A program made the translations under genes and the position numbers. The notes under the pieces were generated by a model. The model was given only the letters and a program-made list of their open reading frames with translations. It searched no databases and was not told where the DNA came from. Positions 26,929 through 40,925 of a stretch of 64,000 nt of DNA are shown here, piece after piece. The DNA is taken from positions 4,898,001 to 4,962,000 of the forward strand of contig NC_043006.1 of the NCBI RefSeq assembly GCF_006345805.1, written 5' to 3'. Within the stretch, counting starts at the first letter, position 1. Every line of letters begins with the position of its first letter. Source of the DNA: Octopus sinensis. Its lineage: Eukaryota.

Positions 26929-27424
26929 TGTTCAGTGATATTAATAAGAAAGCTGTTCATGGATTCAATAAGTTTTGATAACTTGGATATCTATCCTACC
27001 ATAAGGAAAAATCTTTGTCTGAAAGCTCTGAAATTTCGGGTGCAACTGTCTTGGACAAGAGATTTCTATATTAAAATCAGTGGTAATATTTTCAGAATTT
27101 TTCTCGAAACTTTGGAAAGAGAAATTACTAGAATTTCTTGAACTCTATGCACTCTAACTTCACCCCCCCCCACACACACACACACATACAGATGTCTGAT
27201 AAAAATATATAAAAAACATGGTTGCTAGAACAGGTAAACAGGCACTTTTGGTGTGGTGCATATTGCTCTACACCGTTGTATGTTAACTTCCAACAAGAAC
27301 ATTGCAGTGAAAGCCAGCCACAAATACGGCTTCCGATGAGTCAATACTACGAAAGGCAATCAACTAAATGTTGTCAATTGATATGTTTTCGATCCGATAA
27401 TTTCATTATTGAGTTGAACAATGC

Positions 27425-27808
27425 CTCTTTACTCTTTTACTTGTTTCAGTTATTTGACTGTGGCCATGCTGGAACGCCGCCCTTAGTCGAGCAAATCGAC
27501 CCCAGGACTTATTCTTTGTAAGCCTAGTACTTATTCTATCGCTCTCTTTTGCCAAACCACTAATTTACGGGGACGTAAACACACCAGCATCGGTTGTCAA
27601 GCGATGTTGGGAGGACAAACACAGACAAACACATACATATATACGACAGGCTTCTTTCAGTTTCCGTCTACCAAATCCACTCACAAGGCTTTGGTTGGTC
27701 TGAGGCTATAGTAGAAGACACTTGACCAAGGTGCCACGCAGTGGGACTGAACCCGGAACCATGTGGTTAGTAAGCAAGCTACTTACCACGCAGCCACTCC
27801 TGCGTCTA
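27425..27808 (-). mobile_element. SINE family A, full length, with a short internal microsatellite
   Basis: Matches 20480-20912. Confidence 0.92.
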
Positions 27809-29782
27809 TAAATTTTTTCTAAAAAATCCCAAAACAAAACACTGAGAGCATATCCTGCTATGCTTTTGTCTTTGCACACCTGAATTTGGATACTAGCGTT
27901 TTATACGTGAGTGTGCATTTGTGTATATAAACGCGTGTGTGTGGATGTATGTATGTGTAGACGTCTTATTATTCGTTGATTTGTTGTTTTAAGTTTTGCT
28001 TACTTTGACAGGTGGTATGACAAAAAACAAAAAACTGATCATTGAGCGACATCTATAGCTTCCGTGAGCGCGCGCGCGTGTGTACGTGTGTGTTTTGTGT
28101 GCGCGTGTGCATATGTTTGTGTACCTATAATACATATAAAATAGGTAAACACCCATACACACATCTCTATGCGTGCATGTGCGAGGGGATCGCGTTTAGC
28201 GATGACAAATTTAAACGTAAGTCACTTTGCGCATTTTTGCTTTCCCGGATGAGAAAGCATTTCCTTGTCCCGTACGCCATTAGCGATACAGTGTACCGGA
28301 AATTTGTCCCACGGAATCCTGTACCTAACAATACTACGACATAGAGTAAAAGTGTAATATTAAATAACCAGTTTCAAAATAGATTACATTTCTTTTGTTT
28401 CCAGTTTGTAAATTGTAGTTTTTAGAGTAAAAGTGTAATATTAAATAGCCAGTTGCGATGTAGGATAATAGAAATTTTACGGTCCCTGTGAGGGAATAAA
28501 GGTAATCGATTCAGTATTAAATAAACTTAGAACCTCTAATGCAGTAAGTTTATCACCAGTTAATGGTTTTACAGCGGACAACTCTCCATGAGATTATTAT
28601 CCTTCAATGAATGCTCTGACTGATTTTTGTTCCTGTAATTTTGAACTTGGCATTTTAAGCACTTATAACAGAGTGTGGCTGCTTTTAATTAACCGCATCT
28701 TCCTTCCAGTTTCCATTCTCGGTTGGAGATACGTAATTTTTCATTTACTTAGGTTAATGTCTTGCGAAAGCGAAACACATTCTTCTTTATTCTAAATCTA
28801 ATCCCAAGTGCCCAGAGAAGCAATAAACTTTGCGGACTGAGTTTTATAGGGAAACGTCGGGAAGAATCCATTAAAACGTGTTGATACTTATTGTTCTCAA
28901 GAATAAACATCATTATGTAAGAATGATACATTTCATAATATCCCTTGTCGCCAGAATGTTGAAGGGAAATGTAAACGCCATATGCTACACTCAACGAATT
29001 GTTTGTATGACTTAATTCTAACACCCACTCTTTGTGACTCAGTGTTCTAATTTCATCCTCAAGTCAATTTAGTCGGTTATTTTCGGGATAATGTAATTGT
29101 TGATATAAAGTAACTATTTTGGTCCATACCACCTTCCTGTGTCACCCTCAAGATTCTCGGCCAACTATAAACAAGTAGAGACTCTCTTTCATTTCTTTTG
29201 ATGTAAGCCGACGTTTTTTGTGGTTTTTCAATATTCTTCACTTATAAAATAGATTACATTTCTTTTGTTTCCAGTTTGCAAATTTGTATTTTTTTTTAGT
29301 TACACAACACATACAAAAAGTGACCTCATTGACTTATTTATTTCCGGATTAATGTTGTTTATATTTATTTGATAAAACTTGTTATTTATCAGAAACAATT
29401 CTGATATGCTCTGGTTTGAAAAGGAAGCGGTGTTTATTGCTTTGGTACGCTCTTCTTTCAGACACATCCCCACACAGATCCATAGACACCCGTCCAACTC
29501 GACGAGTGAACTTCTACATTTTCAACAGAGCTGCTAGAAATAGAACATAAATCTACTTCAAACTGCAATCTATCGCAAGACACTTTTGATAATGTTGTCC
29601 TGAATAATGCTGATAATGCTGTGTGTGAAAAAAAAAAAAAAGAAAAGTGATGGTCCATGCTAAATGAATATTCTCATCAGAGCCAACTTGGAGCTAATGA
29701 ACAGCAATAACGACGAAACATCATCATCAAGAAAAACAACAGATAGAGGGATACAATCTCAGTTCTTATATTCTGTTTATTC

Positions 29783-29813
<31 letters not shown>

Positions 29814-29816
<3 letters not shown>

Positions 29817-31066
29817 GGGCTGGACAAAATAATGGAAACACCTAGCATCGTAGCATCATAATTTTGAAATTTCTATAAAACAGTCAAAAGCTTGTTTATT
29901 TTTATGTTTTTGATTTATTATTAGTGTTGCTTAATATGTTTTGCTAAAATTGCTGTTTCTTTTCAGATATCATCAGAAAAAGGTAATTAAAATTCATTAA
30001 AATGACAGATCTATCGGACTTTTAGAGAGGTCAATTTGTTGGTGCTCGTATAGCAGGCGCTAGCGTAATGAAAACAGCCGAAATGCTTGTGTATCGAGAA
30101 GTACTGTCTTGAAAGTAATGACAGCTTTGAGGAGGAGAGAAAAATCTCCTCGTTGAAACAAAACTCCAGAAGAAAACCAAAACTTTGAGTCTTACACGTG
30201 AACTGTTAGAAAAGAACACAAAAGTACAGCTCCCAAAATTACTGCTGAGCCTAATGACCACCTCGAGAACCAAGTTTCCACAAAAACTGTTCGCCAGGAG
30301 CTGCACATAAGCCGGATTTCACGGGAGGGCTGCATTCAGAAAACCACTACTTTCAAAAGTAAACGTTGCAAAGCGTTTAGAGTGGAGTAAAAACATACAG
30401 AATTGGACCCTAGAGTAGTGGAAGAATGTTATTTTCTCGGACGAGTCATCCATTACCTTATTTCCCACCGGCCGAGTATACGGGTGGAGACAGCCAAAAG
30501 AAGCATTTGACCCAGAAGAATCCAACTGTTAAACATGGAGAAAGATCAGTGATGATCTGGGGGCTATATCTTGGAAATCCGCGGGCCTAGTGGTTTCCTT
30601 TCATGGTAGAATTAATAGTCAAGACTATTTAAGCATTTAATCTGATCAAATTCATTCTATGTTTTCGGAACTGTTTCCGGAAGGAAACGCAATCTTTCAG
30701 GATGATAATGAACCAATTCACACAGCTAAAGTTGTTACTGAATGGCGCGAGGAACATTCTAGTGAAGTTGAACATCTTATCTGGCCACCACAGTCCCCAG
30801 ATCTCAATATTATTGAACATTTATGGTGCATTTTCGAAAAGCAAGTAAGAAGTCAAGTCAATATCCTCTACCATCATCACTACAAGAATTGGAGACTGTT
30901 TTAGCTGAAGAATGGACAAAAACTCCTTTGGAAACAATTCAAACTTTGTACGAGTCCATACATCGTAGAATTCAAGCTGTAATTACTGTCAAAGGTGGTC
31001 CTTCCCCATGTTAAAATAAATTTGTTTGAAATAATAATGTGATTCCATTATTTTGTCCAACTCCTG
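29814..31066 (+). mobile_element. Near-complete Tc1-type DNA transposon (1253 bp) with a pseudogenised DD36E transposase
   Basis: TIRs CAGGGGCTGGACAAAATAATGGAAAC and reverse-complement CAGGAGTTGGACAAAATAATGGAATC, with TA on both sides. The ORF remnant spans 30002-31014: MTDLSDF*RGQFVGAR.., FSDES, FQDDNEPIH..WPPQSPDLNIIEHLW. Confidence 0.95.
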
Positions 31067-31077
31067 TATATATATAT

Positions 31078-31265
31078 CGCCATGATAGATCGTTAGCCAC
31101 TACACACATTTTTTTCTCTCCTTGTTTTTTCTGTGTCCCTTTCTGTAGAAGAGCGTAGGCTCGAAACGTAAAAGACTTTTTCTATTCCTGAGCGTTATAC
31201 TAATACATCTGTTTGTTTTGTACACCACATGTCTTCGTCTTTTGTTTTTTTCGTAAACTCTCCCT
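31078..31265 (+). mobile_element. Short element, probably Penelope-pLTR-derived, with a minimal hammerhead-like motif
   Basis: CTTT-CTGTAGA-A-GAGC-gtag-GCTC-GAAAC-GTA-AAAG at 31139-31174; TA runs on both sides. Confidence 0.55.
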
Positions 31266-32999
31266 ATATATATATATATATATGCGTTAGTCACACACAC
31301 ACACACATAGCGAGGTAAACGTATGATAGTCATGACCATCTCTCACTTTTAATTGCTGTCGCTTATGAGAATGAGAACATGGATCTCTGAAACAAAACAA
31401 TATTACATTACATAAATGTCCAATATATCTCGTATTGTTGAATGGAAACTAAAATAATGGCCGCTGAAATATTATTTCTTAATTTAGAAACAGGAATTGC
31501 AACATGGAGCATGAACAACAAATAAAACAAATACTTTTATTTAGGAGAGATAAAACTAGAAAGCCACTAAATGGGATTCTACCCTCACGTCTGGTATGGT
31601 ACGGCTATGACATATACAGACATCCTGCACCACATCTTAAGAAAAAGTGACCTAATTGATTGGCGTAGAGTTGCTCAAGAACGCACTCCAAATGCTAACT
31701 CACATTCCGTCTGTAGTTTCATTCTACCTCTTCTAGAACAATAAATTTACCTCTGCTTTGCCTCTTGTCTCTCATAATGCATTACTTCCTAACCACACAC
31801 AAGTCACAAACTCATTTCTTCCTATCTATAACATCGACTCACACTTTTATTATCAATTTCACCGATCAGTTGTTCAAGAACGCCTTGGACTTGGTGGGGG
31901 GGGGAGTTCCTACGAAAGCTGTTGTTATTGACATTTGTTGCATTACGAAACCCTTAAAAAGCAATGGTAGAGGTATGTGCCCCAACATATCCATAACTGT
32001 TTGACTGAAATTAGTAAAGGAATAAGAGAGTCAAATAATTTGGAAAATATGTATCTGAAATTATAAAGTGATGGCGACGCTGATTACATATTTAAGTCAT
32101 ATGAAGGTAGATATAATTATTTTTAATGTTTTCAACATCAGAAATAGCTGCATTGTGATTAAATGCGATTAGGAAAAACACTAGAGATATCATTTTTGGC
32201 CGAGTGAGCAAGGCCGATAAATCTGTTTATTAGGCATTGTTAAAGAATGTGAATCTTTACTTACTAATACTGTAACAACTAAATGCTATATAAATTGTTA
32301 ATAAAAGGCTTGTATTTCCATTGATGATGTTTAAGAATACAGAAATGTTTGAACTAATCCCCACCTCGCTCAATCAAAAAAGAGTGCTTACCACTCATTA
32401 ATATTTTCCTAATAATTGCATTAATACTTGAACTATTTACTTCAGTGTTTAACTTTCTGTTTGGTCTTCAATTGATTGGAACTTTTAATTATGATTGTTG
32501 CAGGTAAAGACGGGATTTATGTTGGTGGAAGATATTTCATTGCAGCGTGGAAAGTATTTATAAGCCATTTAAAAACACACAAAAACCGTTAGAGTCACTT
32601 CAAGATGTAAATTTAATTTGTAAAATATTTTCGTCGCTTTGAGATCGTGACCTGTTCACTGACAAAATTCCGTGCTGCATCACGGAATTTTATTGTTAGA
32701 TTGAAAAGAAAAATCTGGTAGAAAAATTCTACTTTATATTTATTTATAGAAGTGATGTCTTTGCAAACATAACATCACTATAAATTATGTAATAATTTGG
32801 AGTAGTGATGTGTTTATAAACATTTTATAAAAACATTTTATATAATAATCTTGTGATATTTCTGTACATCTGAAGCTGAATGAGAGCCATCTGACTGGTA
32901 GTTACTTGATTATTTGCTCACCATTTTACTACGCTGTGGTAAAGTGAGAAACTCTAGAACGGCATAAATCTACGAGTGAGATACACTTTTCATAAAAAT

Positions 33000-33220
33000 G
33001 GCTCTTTTTCTTGTTTCAGTCATGTGACTGTGGCCATGCTGGAGCACCGAGTTTAGTCGACCAAATCGGCCCTAGGGCTTATTCTTTGTAAGCCTAGTAC
33101 TTATTCTATCGGTTACTTTTGCCGAACCGCTAAATTACAGGGACGTAAACACACCAGCATCGGTTGTCAAGCGAAGTTGGACACACACACACACACACAC
33201 ACCACACACACACACACACA

Positions 33221-33273
<53 letters not shown>

Positions 33274-33436
33274 GACGGGCTTCTTTCAGTTTCCGTCTAC
33301 CAAATCCACTCACAAGGCGTTGGTCGGCCCGAGGCTTTGGTAGAAGACACTTGCCCAAGGTGCCACGCAGTGGGACTGAACCCGGAACCATGTGGTTCGT
33401 AAACAAGCTACTTACCACACAGTCACTCCTACGCCT
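33000..33436 (-). mobile_element. SINE family A, full length
   Basis: Matches the other family A copies. Confidence 0.92.
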
Positions 33437-36400
33437 ATTTATTTCATTTATTACTACTTTCAACATGTTCCTTTGAAATTTGTGTACCAAAACACTTTGA
33501 TATTCAAAAGAAATTCACAAAAGGATAAAGAAGTGGATACAATCAATTAGTGTGTATCTTTAATTAATGATAAAATCCTTTCTTGGAATAATAATTTTGC
33601 TCCATCGCTAAAGTCCTGACTAACACCATTGTATACAGCGTCTTCTTACAGGGAGACAAACGTTAAAATAATTTGTAAGATAAGTAAAAATTATGATACT
33701 GTAAATTTTAATTGTTTTGGAATAAAAATTAAATTTATGATGTCGAAACGTATGAATCAAGAAAAGTATTTCGGTTAATTTTGACGAACGCAAAGGTTTA
33801 ATATTTTAGGGAGGTCGGTAATTAAAACCTTTGATGCTTATACCTTTTTTTTTCTAAGAGCGTTAGTAGTATAAGTGAAGCTAAGTATCATCAGTCGATA
33901 CTCGGAGACTGTAATTTCGGTTAAATGTAACCTTATTCTTTACTATATGGCATTCTGCTATTCCCGAAATTGATTAAAGAGGCATAAACACTCACGAACA
34001 CATTTCACAGAGACAAATATATGTTCAAAATAATAAGTTTTGTAGTTAAGCAATTCTTACTAGTCTTTTATTAGTTATCAAAATAATGTCTGTATATTTT
34101 AATAAAGCATTATCGAAGTTTTGTATCATATCCTGACTCCCTAAAAGAAATATGGCTGTTTATATTTGGACTAACATGTAATATTTTTTAAATTTTACCT
34201 ATGTCTTTTTCCCTCTTAACTTTTCATATTATTGCACTTGAGAAATTACAGAAATCTTCATGTCATTTCTTCACCTATTCTCTACTCTTTTATCTAATTA
34301 TATTTTGTTCTTTTCTCTTTATCAAATAGAATGTGAGTTTTTACTCACATTCTATAATTTTGTTCCAGTTTTAATATCTAATTTTATTGGCATCCCTGTA
34401 TTAACCCACATTTCATTATGAAGTTTGTCTTTACACATATATATATACATATGAAATGTCGGTTAAAGAAGTCAATTCTATAACGAAAAAAGTGTTTAGC
34501 TCAAAATATGTTTTACTACGTACCTTGCTCTATTTTCTATGAACACCATAGTCCTGAATGGACAAATTCTCGAAAGAGTTAGAAATTTAAACTAGAAATT
34601 ATGAATTACAACATAAGATGGATTATAAAACTTATTTCATCAGTTGTCATTGTTTCGATAGTGTAAGAATTCCTTAAGTTCTGAGTTCAAATCCTCCTAA
34701 AGTTATTATTTTATAGTGTACTTTTAAAATTGGCTCATCAATTCATAACTCATTCTGTTAAATTATTCTTTTATATAATATTCTTCAGTATATTTAACAG
34801 TTTTCCCGTATGAAGCTACTTCCTTTTACCATTTAACAATGATCTTTATTTAACTGGGATGAACATATCATTGATGATAAATAAAGCCATATATTTTATA
34901 GACATGTTACTGGAACATTAGTAGACTTTAATTTTATTATATAGACCGCCAACCGTATTTTACAATAGTTAACGCTAATTTTTCCATTCTTTAAAATTTT
35001 CAGTATTCATTAATACTTACAGGCTTTGAATCTTTTCAAACCTTTGAAAATATGTTGTATTATTATCATGAAATTAAAAATGGCGAGTGATTTCACAAAA
35101 ATCCTTCCTACAGTTTTTATGAAAATGCTTGTATAATTACATAAGTATACCGGTATATTCGTGTATTTTATAAGCAAAAATGGGTGGATATAATTATTTT
35201 TTAAATAACTAAAGAATTGTGCACTGATTCTCAAAAAAACTTCGTTCAATCAATAATTAGTTCAATGAGTTAATCCATCTCCACAAATTATATCCATCGT
35301 ACTCAAACACTTTCTTAGAAAAACGAAAATAACAAAAAGAAATCGTTTTCATTTTAAAATTCTTTTAAGCTCGGACTAATATCCTGTTGCATGTATCTCC
35401 ATAGTTTGGCAACCATTTCTGAAGTGGTTCTCCTCAATTATCTTTGTGTTTTGATAAGCAGGTGTATTCATTTACATGAATCAATGTGAAAACGTAAACT
35501 AATATTACTTTGCAAAAAACTTTTCTTAAAAAAAAAAAAAAAATTAAAAACTGTTGGTTTGCCCTTGTAAAACCATTTATCATATTCTATAGTTGATTGG
35601 AAAACCATTTATTTACTTTGTCTTTAATAAAACGGCCAAGCTACTTCTCATGATATCATTGAACAGTTGGTTACTTTAATGCACTGCTATAGGTTACGAA
35701 TATATAAATATTCACCAGAGTCAGGGATATAAGACTTTAATTTGATATCAATAAAAACTCTCTTGTGACTAGAATCTATTTATAAATAAACAGAAAAATG
35801 TATGCCTTACTTTAAATGAATTGGAACAATGATATCTATGAAGAAATATTTTCGAGTTGTTTACTCGCCCACCAAGACAATACTGGAACACAACAGAGAA
35901 CTGCTGAGATAAAGCAGGTTGTTGGCACTAATATCCCGCTAAAAAGGCGTAGGCGATATATCCTTGGAAGGGCTCACTGTTTCATAGTTTTTAGTGTCTG
36001 TTATTGGAATCTATTTTCCTTAAACAACTCCTAGCAGGATCAGACACCTAACAAATGTTATAAACGCCCGTGCACTCCATTAGCGTAAACACAGAAACAT
36101 CAATAAGATCTTTGTATAAACTTACTTCCACGTTATGCAAATATGAATTAATGGAAATGCAGACATACAATTCTAATGTTTTTTTAATAATTAAAATAAA
36201 CAAAATAACCAGTCAGTAGAGCTTCAAATTGCTGTTTTCCTTTCCTATTCGGCTCCAATTACAAATTTGCTAAACACACACAGCGACCCGCTCGCACGCA
36301 TGTATGTATATATATTATATATTATATTTAATAAAAGAATTCCAACCTTGTCTGATTTTCACGTTTTATTTACAATCTTATAATGATATATTATAAGATA

Positions 36401-36998
36401 ATATATTATATTGAATAAAATAAAATGAAATAGTAGAATGTTAAATATTCATTCTGATTGAACTAGTACTTTCATGCATTGAATTCTGCAATCTTCGGTT
36501 CATGTAGTAGTGTTGACAGTCATGCTTCACAATTTTTGACTGTAGCAAGATGATTGATTCTGTGCTATAAATACAGCTGGGTAGGCTCCAGAGTGCTAGG
36601 TTTTGCAAACTGTATTCTGACCAATCAGTGTGTAGTATCACTCAATTACTTAAGCTGATTGGTTGGTTGAGCTGATTGGTTTAGGCATCACGCTTTGTTG
36701 GACATGTCAAGAGTCCTGTATCTTGACCCTGGCCGAAGCAGCAATTGTTGGGTTATTTTTAGAAATGTTGTAATATCCTTTGTCAGAGATTTTTATATTT
36801 TTATATTTCAATTGTCATCATCATCATTGTCACACCTTAATTATTGTTGCTAGTGGTGATGGTTATGGCAATAGAACTTTAAACCCTAAATAAGATAATT
36901 TTCCTGCTATCTTCGTCTTGATCACTTTAGTATTGTTGTTGTTGTAGTGGTCATGGTCGTAGCAGTGGAAGTAATACCTCTAAGTATTATTATTATTA

Positions 36999-39045
36999 TT
37001 ATTGCTTATTTAGCTTGGGTTCGAATTTATCAATAAAATTCTTTTCTCTGATTTTCCTCTCGATTTCACTTGGGCTGTGTAATTTGTAGAATGGAAATAT
37101 TATATATATTTTTCCGACCACATGTTGCTAGGTGGTTACTCAAAGGTATTTGACGTACCTCGGGTCTCTAATCTGTTGCCGGTGTACACGTGAGCGTTCT
37201 AATAGTGCGTTTCCCGTCTGACCTACATATATTTCTTCACAATTTGGGCATTTGATGCAGTAAATAAATTTCTGCTTTTGCAGTTCATATTCGCGTTTGT
37301 GAATATTTTCCCGGTTTTTGTGTTTATATATTGACCGGTATGTATGAATTGGCATGTGCCACATCGGCTATCATTGCATTTAGATACCGTGAAGTTTGGT
37401 CTTTGTTGCTGAGGTCAAATTTTGCCTTTGTTAGTAATGTTTTCAAGTTTTTAGGCTGTCTTTTACTAAGCACCATAGCTCGATCCGTGATTATGTCTTT
37501 TAATTCATTACTTTGGGCAATGATTGGTAGGTTTGCTTTGGCAATGTTGAAGATATTCTGGTGACATGGGTTGTGTGTCACTATGAATGGTATGACTTGT
37601 TCTTGTTTTCCTCTTCCTTGGGTTGTCCTAAGTTGTTGTATAGGTATTTTTATATAGCCCTGTATGCCATTTTCTATAAGTAGAGATGGGTATTTTTGTT
37701 TGAGCAAAAATTCTCTTAGTTCTATTAGGCGTTTTGTTCCTGATATTTGCATCTTCTACAATAGTAACAAATTCTTCTGGCTAGGCAGTATGGGATGTTA
37801 CGTTTTGTATGTGGTGGATGGCACGACTTAAAATTTAGGTATTGATGTGTGTCTGTGTGTTTATAGTATATATCTGTGGTGATGGTGGTGTCTTTTTTTA
37901 TTACCATTATGTCCAGGAATGGTAATTTGGTACTACTCATCTCCTTTGTAAATTGGAGAGATGGGTGTAGGTTGTTCAGGAGGATATTGAACTCTTCCAG
38001 AGTATTTAGAGATTCTGTCCAGATTATGAAACAGTCGTCTAGGTATCTCTTCCATGCCTTTTCAATATACTTTCTAAACCCAGTGCCATAGTTTACCTCC
38101 ACCTCTTGGTAGAGTTGTTCTTCTAAGTATCCCATTACAGAGTTGGCGTAAACGGGAGCAAACCTCGTTCCCATCGCCGTGCCTCTAATTTGGATGTAAT
38201 TCTTTCCATTGAAGAAGAATGTGTTATTTTCTAGAATGAGCTTGACTGTGTCTAATATAAATGGCACTGTGAATCTGCTGGGAATCACTTCTCTATGTTT
38301 TTCTAACCAGTATTTAATCGCCTTATTCCTAAATCGTGTGGAATATTGGTGTAGAGGCTTACCACATCAAAACTTAGTAAAACTGAATTTGTTTCTGTTG
38401 TTTTGGGAAGATGGGACAGGAAGTCGATGTCATCCTGATGAAACTTGGTATGTAAGTACATAGTGGTTTCAAAACAATGTCAATAAAATTGCTTAGACGG
38501 TGTGTAGTGCATGCTGGACCAGCTATAATAGGTCTAAGTTTTAGGTCTTTTGGATGTAATAATTTATGTACTCACTTTCTTGTTCTTTTACTGCCTGTTG
38601 AATGTTTTTTGATTTGTGTACTTTTGGTAAGCCGTAGAAGTTGCTGGGTTTTGGTTCAAAATTGGTGATGTAGTCTTTTTCATTATCCGTAAGTGAGTTG
38701 TGGTGTGGTTGAAATCAGGTTGTTGATCTTTTTCATGATGTGGTGGTCTATATTGCGGGTATTTTCACAATAGAAGGTTGTATCCTTCAGTTGGTCTTCA
38801 ACCAAATCCTTATAGTATTCGGTATCCATAATAACAATTGCACCACCTTTATCTGCTTGTTTAATTATTATTGTTTGATCGTTTGTATACGTTTACATGC
38901 AGACATCTCTGATTTGCTAATGTTGGCCTAACATTGGTATTGCGGTCTAAGGGAAATTTAGACAGGATATCAATGTATTGGTCAAGGTAGTTATTCTTCC
39001 TTTTGGTGGGGTGAAATTTGATTTATTCCTTACTAGGGATTCATC
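36999..39045 (-). pseudogene. Penelope-like retroelement: frameshifted RT plus GIY-YIG endonuclease
   Basis: RPIIAGP, GTAMGTRFAPVYAN, WKRYLDDCF, LPFLDIMV, YKHTDTHQYL..SCHPPHTK, LLKQKYP, and the GIY-YIG motif FIYCIKCPNCEEIYVGQTG..ERSRVH. It ends REKNFIDKFEPKLN, and the 5' side runs into (TA)n. Confidence 0.93.
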
Positions 39046-39328
<283 letters not shown>

Positions 39329-40249
39329 CATACATATTCACATACCAACAAAATCAAACATATATATAATGTGCTTACGTGTTTGGTATCTGCTTAATCT
39401 ATCTCCATGTGCATCTAATTGTATATATATGTGTAAATACCGGAATATAAATAGAGAGATAGTTACATAGAAACTCTTGGAGATAGTTATACAGATAGAT
39501 AGGTCATCAGTTGGATAGATATATGGATAAATAGATATGCGGTTAGATGGACATATATTTCGCTATAAAAACTAGCTGGAGACGAACTAGTCTGTCTGTG
39601 GAATCACATTATTTGCGTTTGTTTTTTGAGCAACATGGATTGTACAGACATTGTATACTTTCACATGAAAAAAGTGTCGAGACATAAAAGAACAACTGTT
39701 TTTATTCTTATCTGATTAGAAGCCGACTATGTTTAATCAAGTACATATATATAAATACATATTTTCTGATATGTGCATCTAGACATAAATTTGTCGTATG
39801 TAAATATATATATGTGACAAGGTGGCCCCTATATAATCTGGTAGTTTTTTTTAATTGCCTTGTGATATTAGCAGCTATAATCTGCATTTGGTTACAGCCG
39901 ATAAGGTTTGTGAAAATTTAGACAAAAGCTGCATCGTTCGCCATAACTCATAAAGAACATTTGTAAAGTTACTGGAAAATATTTATTGAACACGTCTAGA
40001 ATGTCAAAAGAATTTCTAATTAATTATAGTATGGGTGAAATGTGAAATCAATTATCTAATAAATGATCTTTGTTACGAATCAATCAGCCGTTTAGAAAGG
40101 AATGATAATACCGTTTTGATAGGCCATGAAGTCGTCTTTCAGAAAACAGAAACTAGAAGTGACTGGTTATCTTAAAAACGTAATTTTTGACCGGCCACCA
40201 ACTTGGTAGCAAGGTTATGAAGGAAAATATCTTGATTTAACCCTCATCT

Positions 40250-40425
40250 TTTAAATCTTAAGAAGCTCTTGCAGATTTTTATAGTTCTAGATATCGTGAT
40301 CATTTGTTGCATATGAATTAAGGATTAGCGTTCTCTTCTCAAGATCCCAAATTCAGCCATACTTTCCTCCAGACGGGTTTGCATGTATCCTGTTATTCCA
40401 ATAATAATGAGTATGAAGCTGAAAA
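40250..40425 (-). pseudogene. Extreme 3' end of an R4/Dong-like LINE ORF
   Basis: FSFILIIIGITGYMQTRLEESMAEFGI..ISRTIKICKSFLRF, homologous to 58700-58875. Confidence 0.55.
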
Positions 40426-40925
40426 TGTATGAATGTATGTATTTATGATTGTTAATGTCGGATCACTCTTAGTCCTTGTAGTAACTTGTAACCCAGTACA
40501 ACCTATCACATGGTCGGGCTGCCGGCGACTAAACAGGCAACCCTGTCAAACCTGCTTGGTAAGGAGGTTAGGTTCCGTTGAACACCGTGCAGAATGAAAA
40601 ACACAACCCGTCAAAGGATTAACGAACTTTGTAGGGTTAACGGCCATCAAACAATTCGGAGTAAGAGATCGTTAGTTCTCTTTGTTTTGACGTTTCCCGA
40701 GGAGAAGGAAATTTCGAAATAATAGCCGACTCGTTGCAAAGCCAGAGATCTTATTTTCGCTTCTTTCTGGACTTCTTGGCTTCGTAGATGTGAGTCTTAG
40801 CAGTGATGTGCAGGCTGTTATTAACATTAAGTTTCAGCTCTGTCATTGCTGACAGCCGTCGTCTTAAACATCTAGGATCAGATGATTTGTCAGTGATGGT
40901 TAATCGGCTGCGAGATGAGAGCACC

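Noticed and set aside
40495-40680. Possible RTE-type 5' end or HDV-like ribozyme
   Set aside because: GC-rich and suggestive, but I could not assemble the nested double pseudoknot by eye. It needs a covariance-model search.
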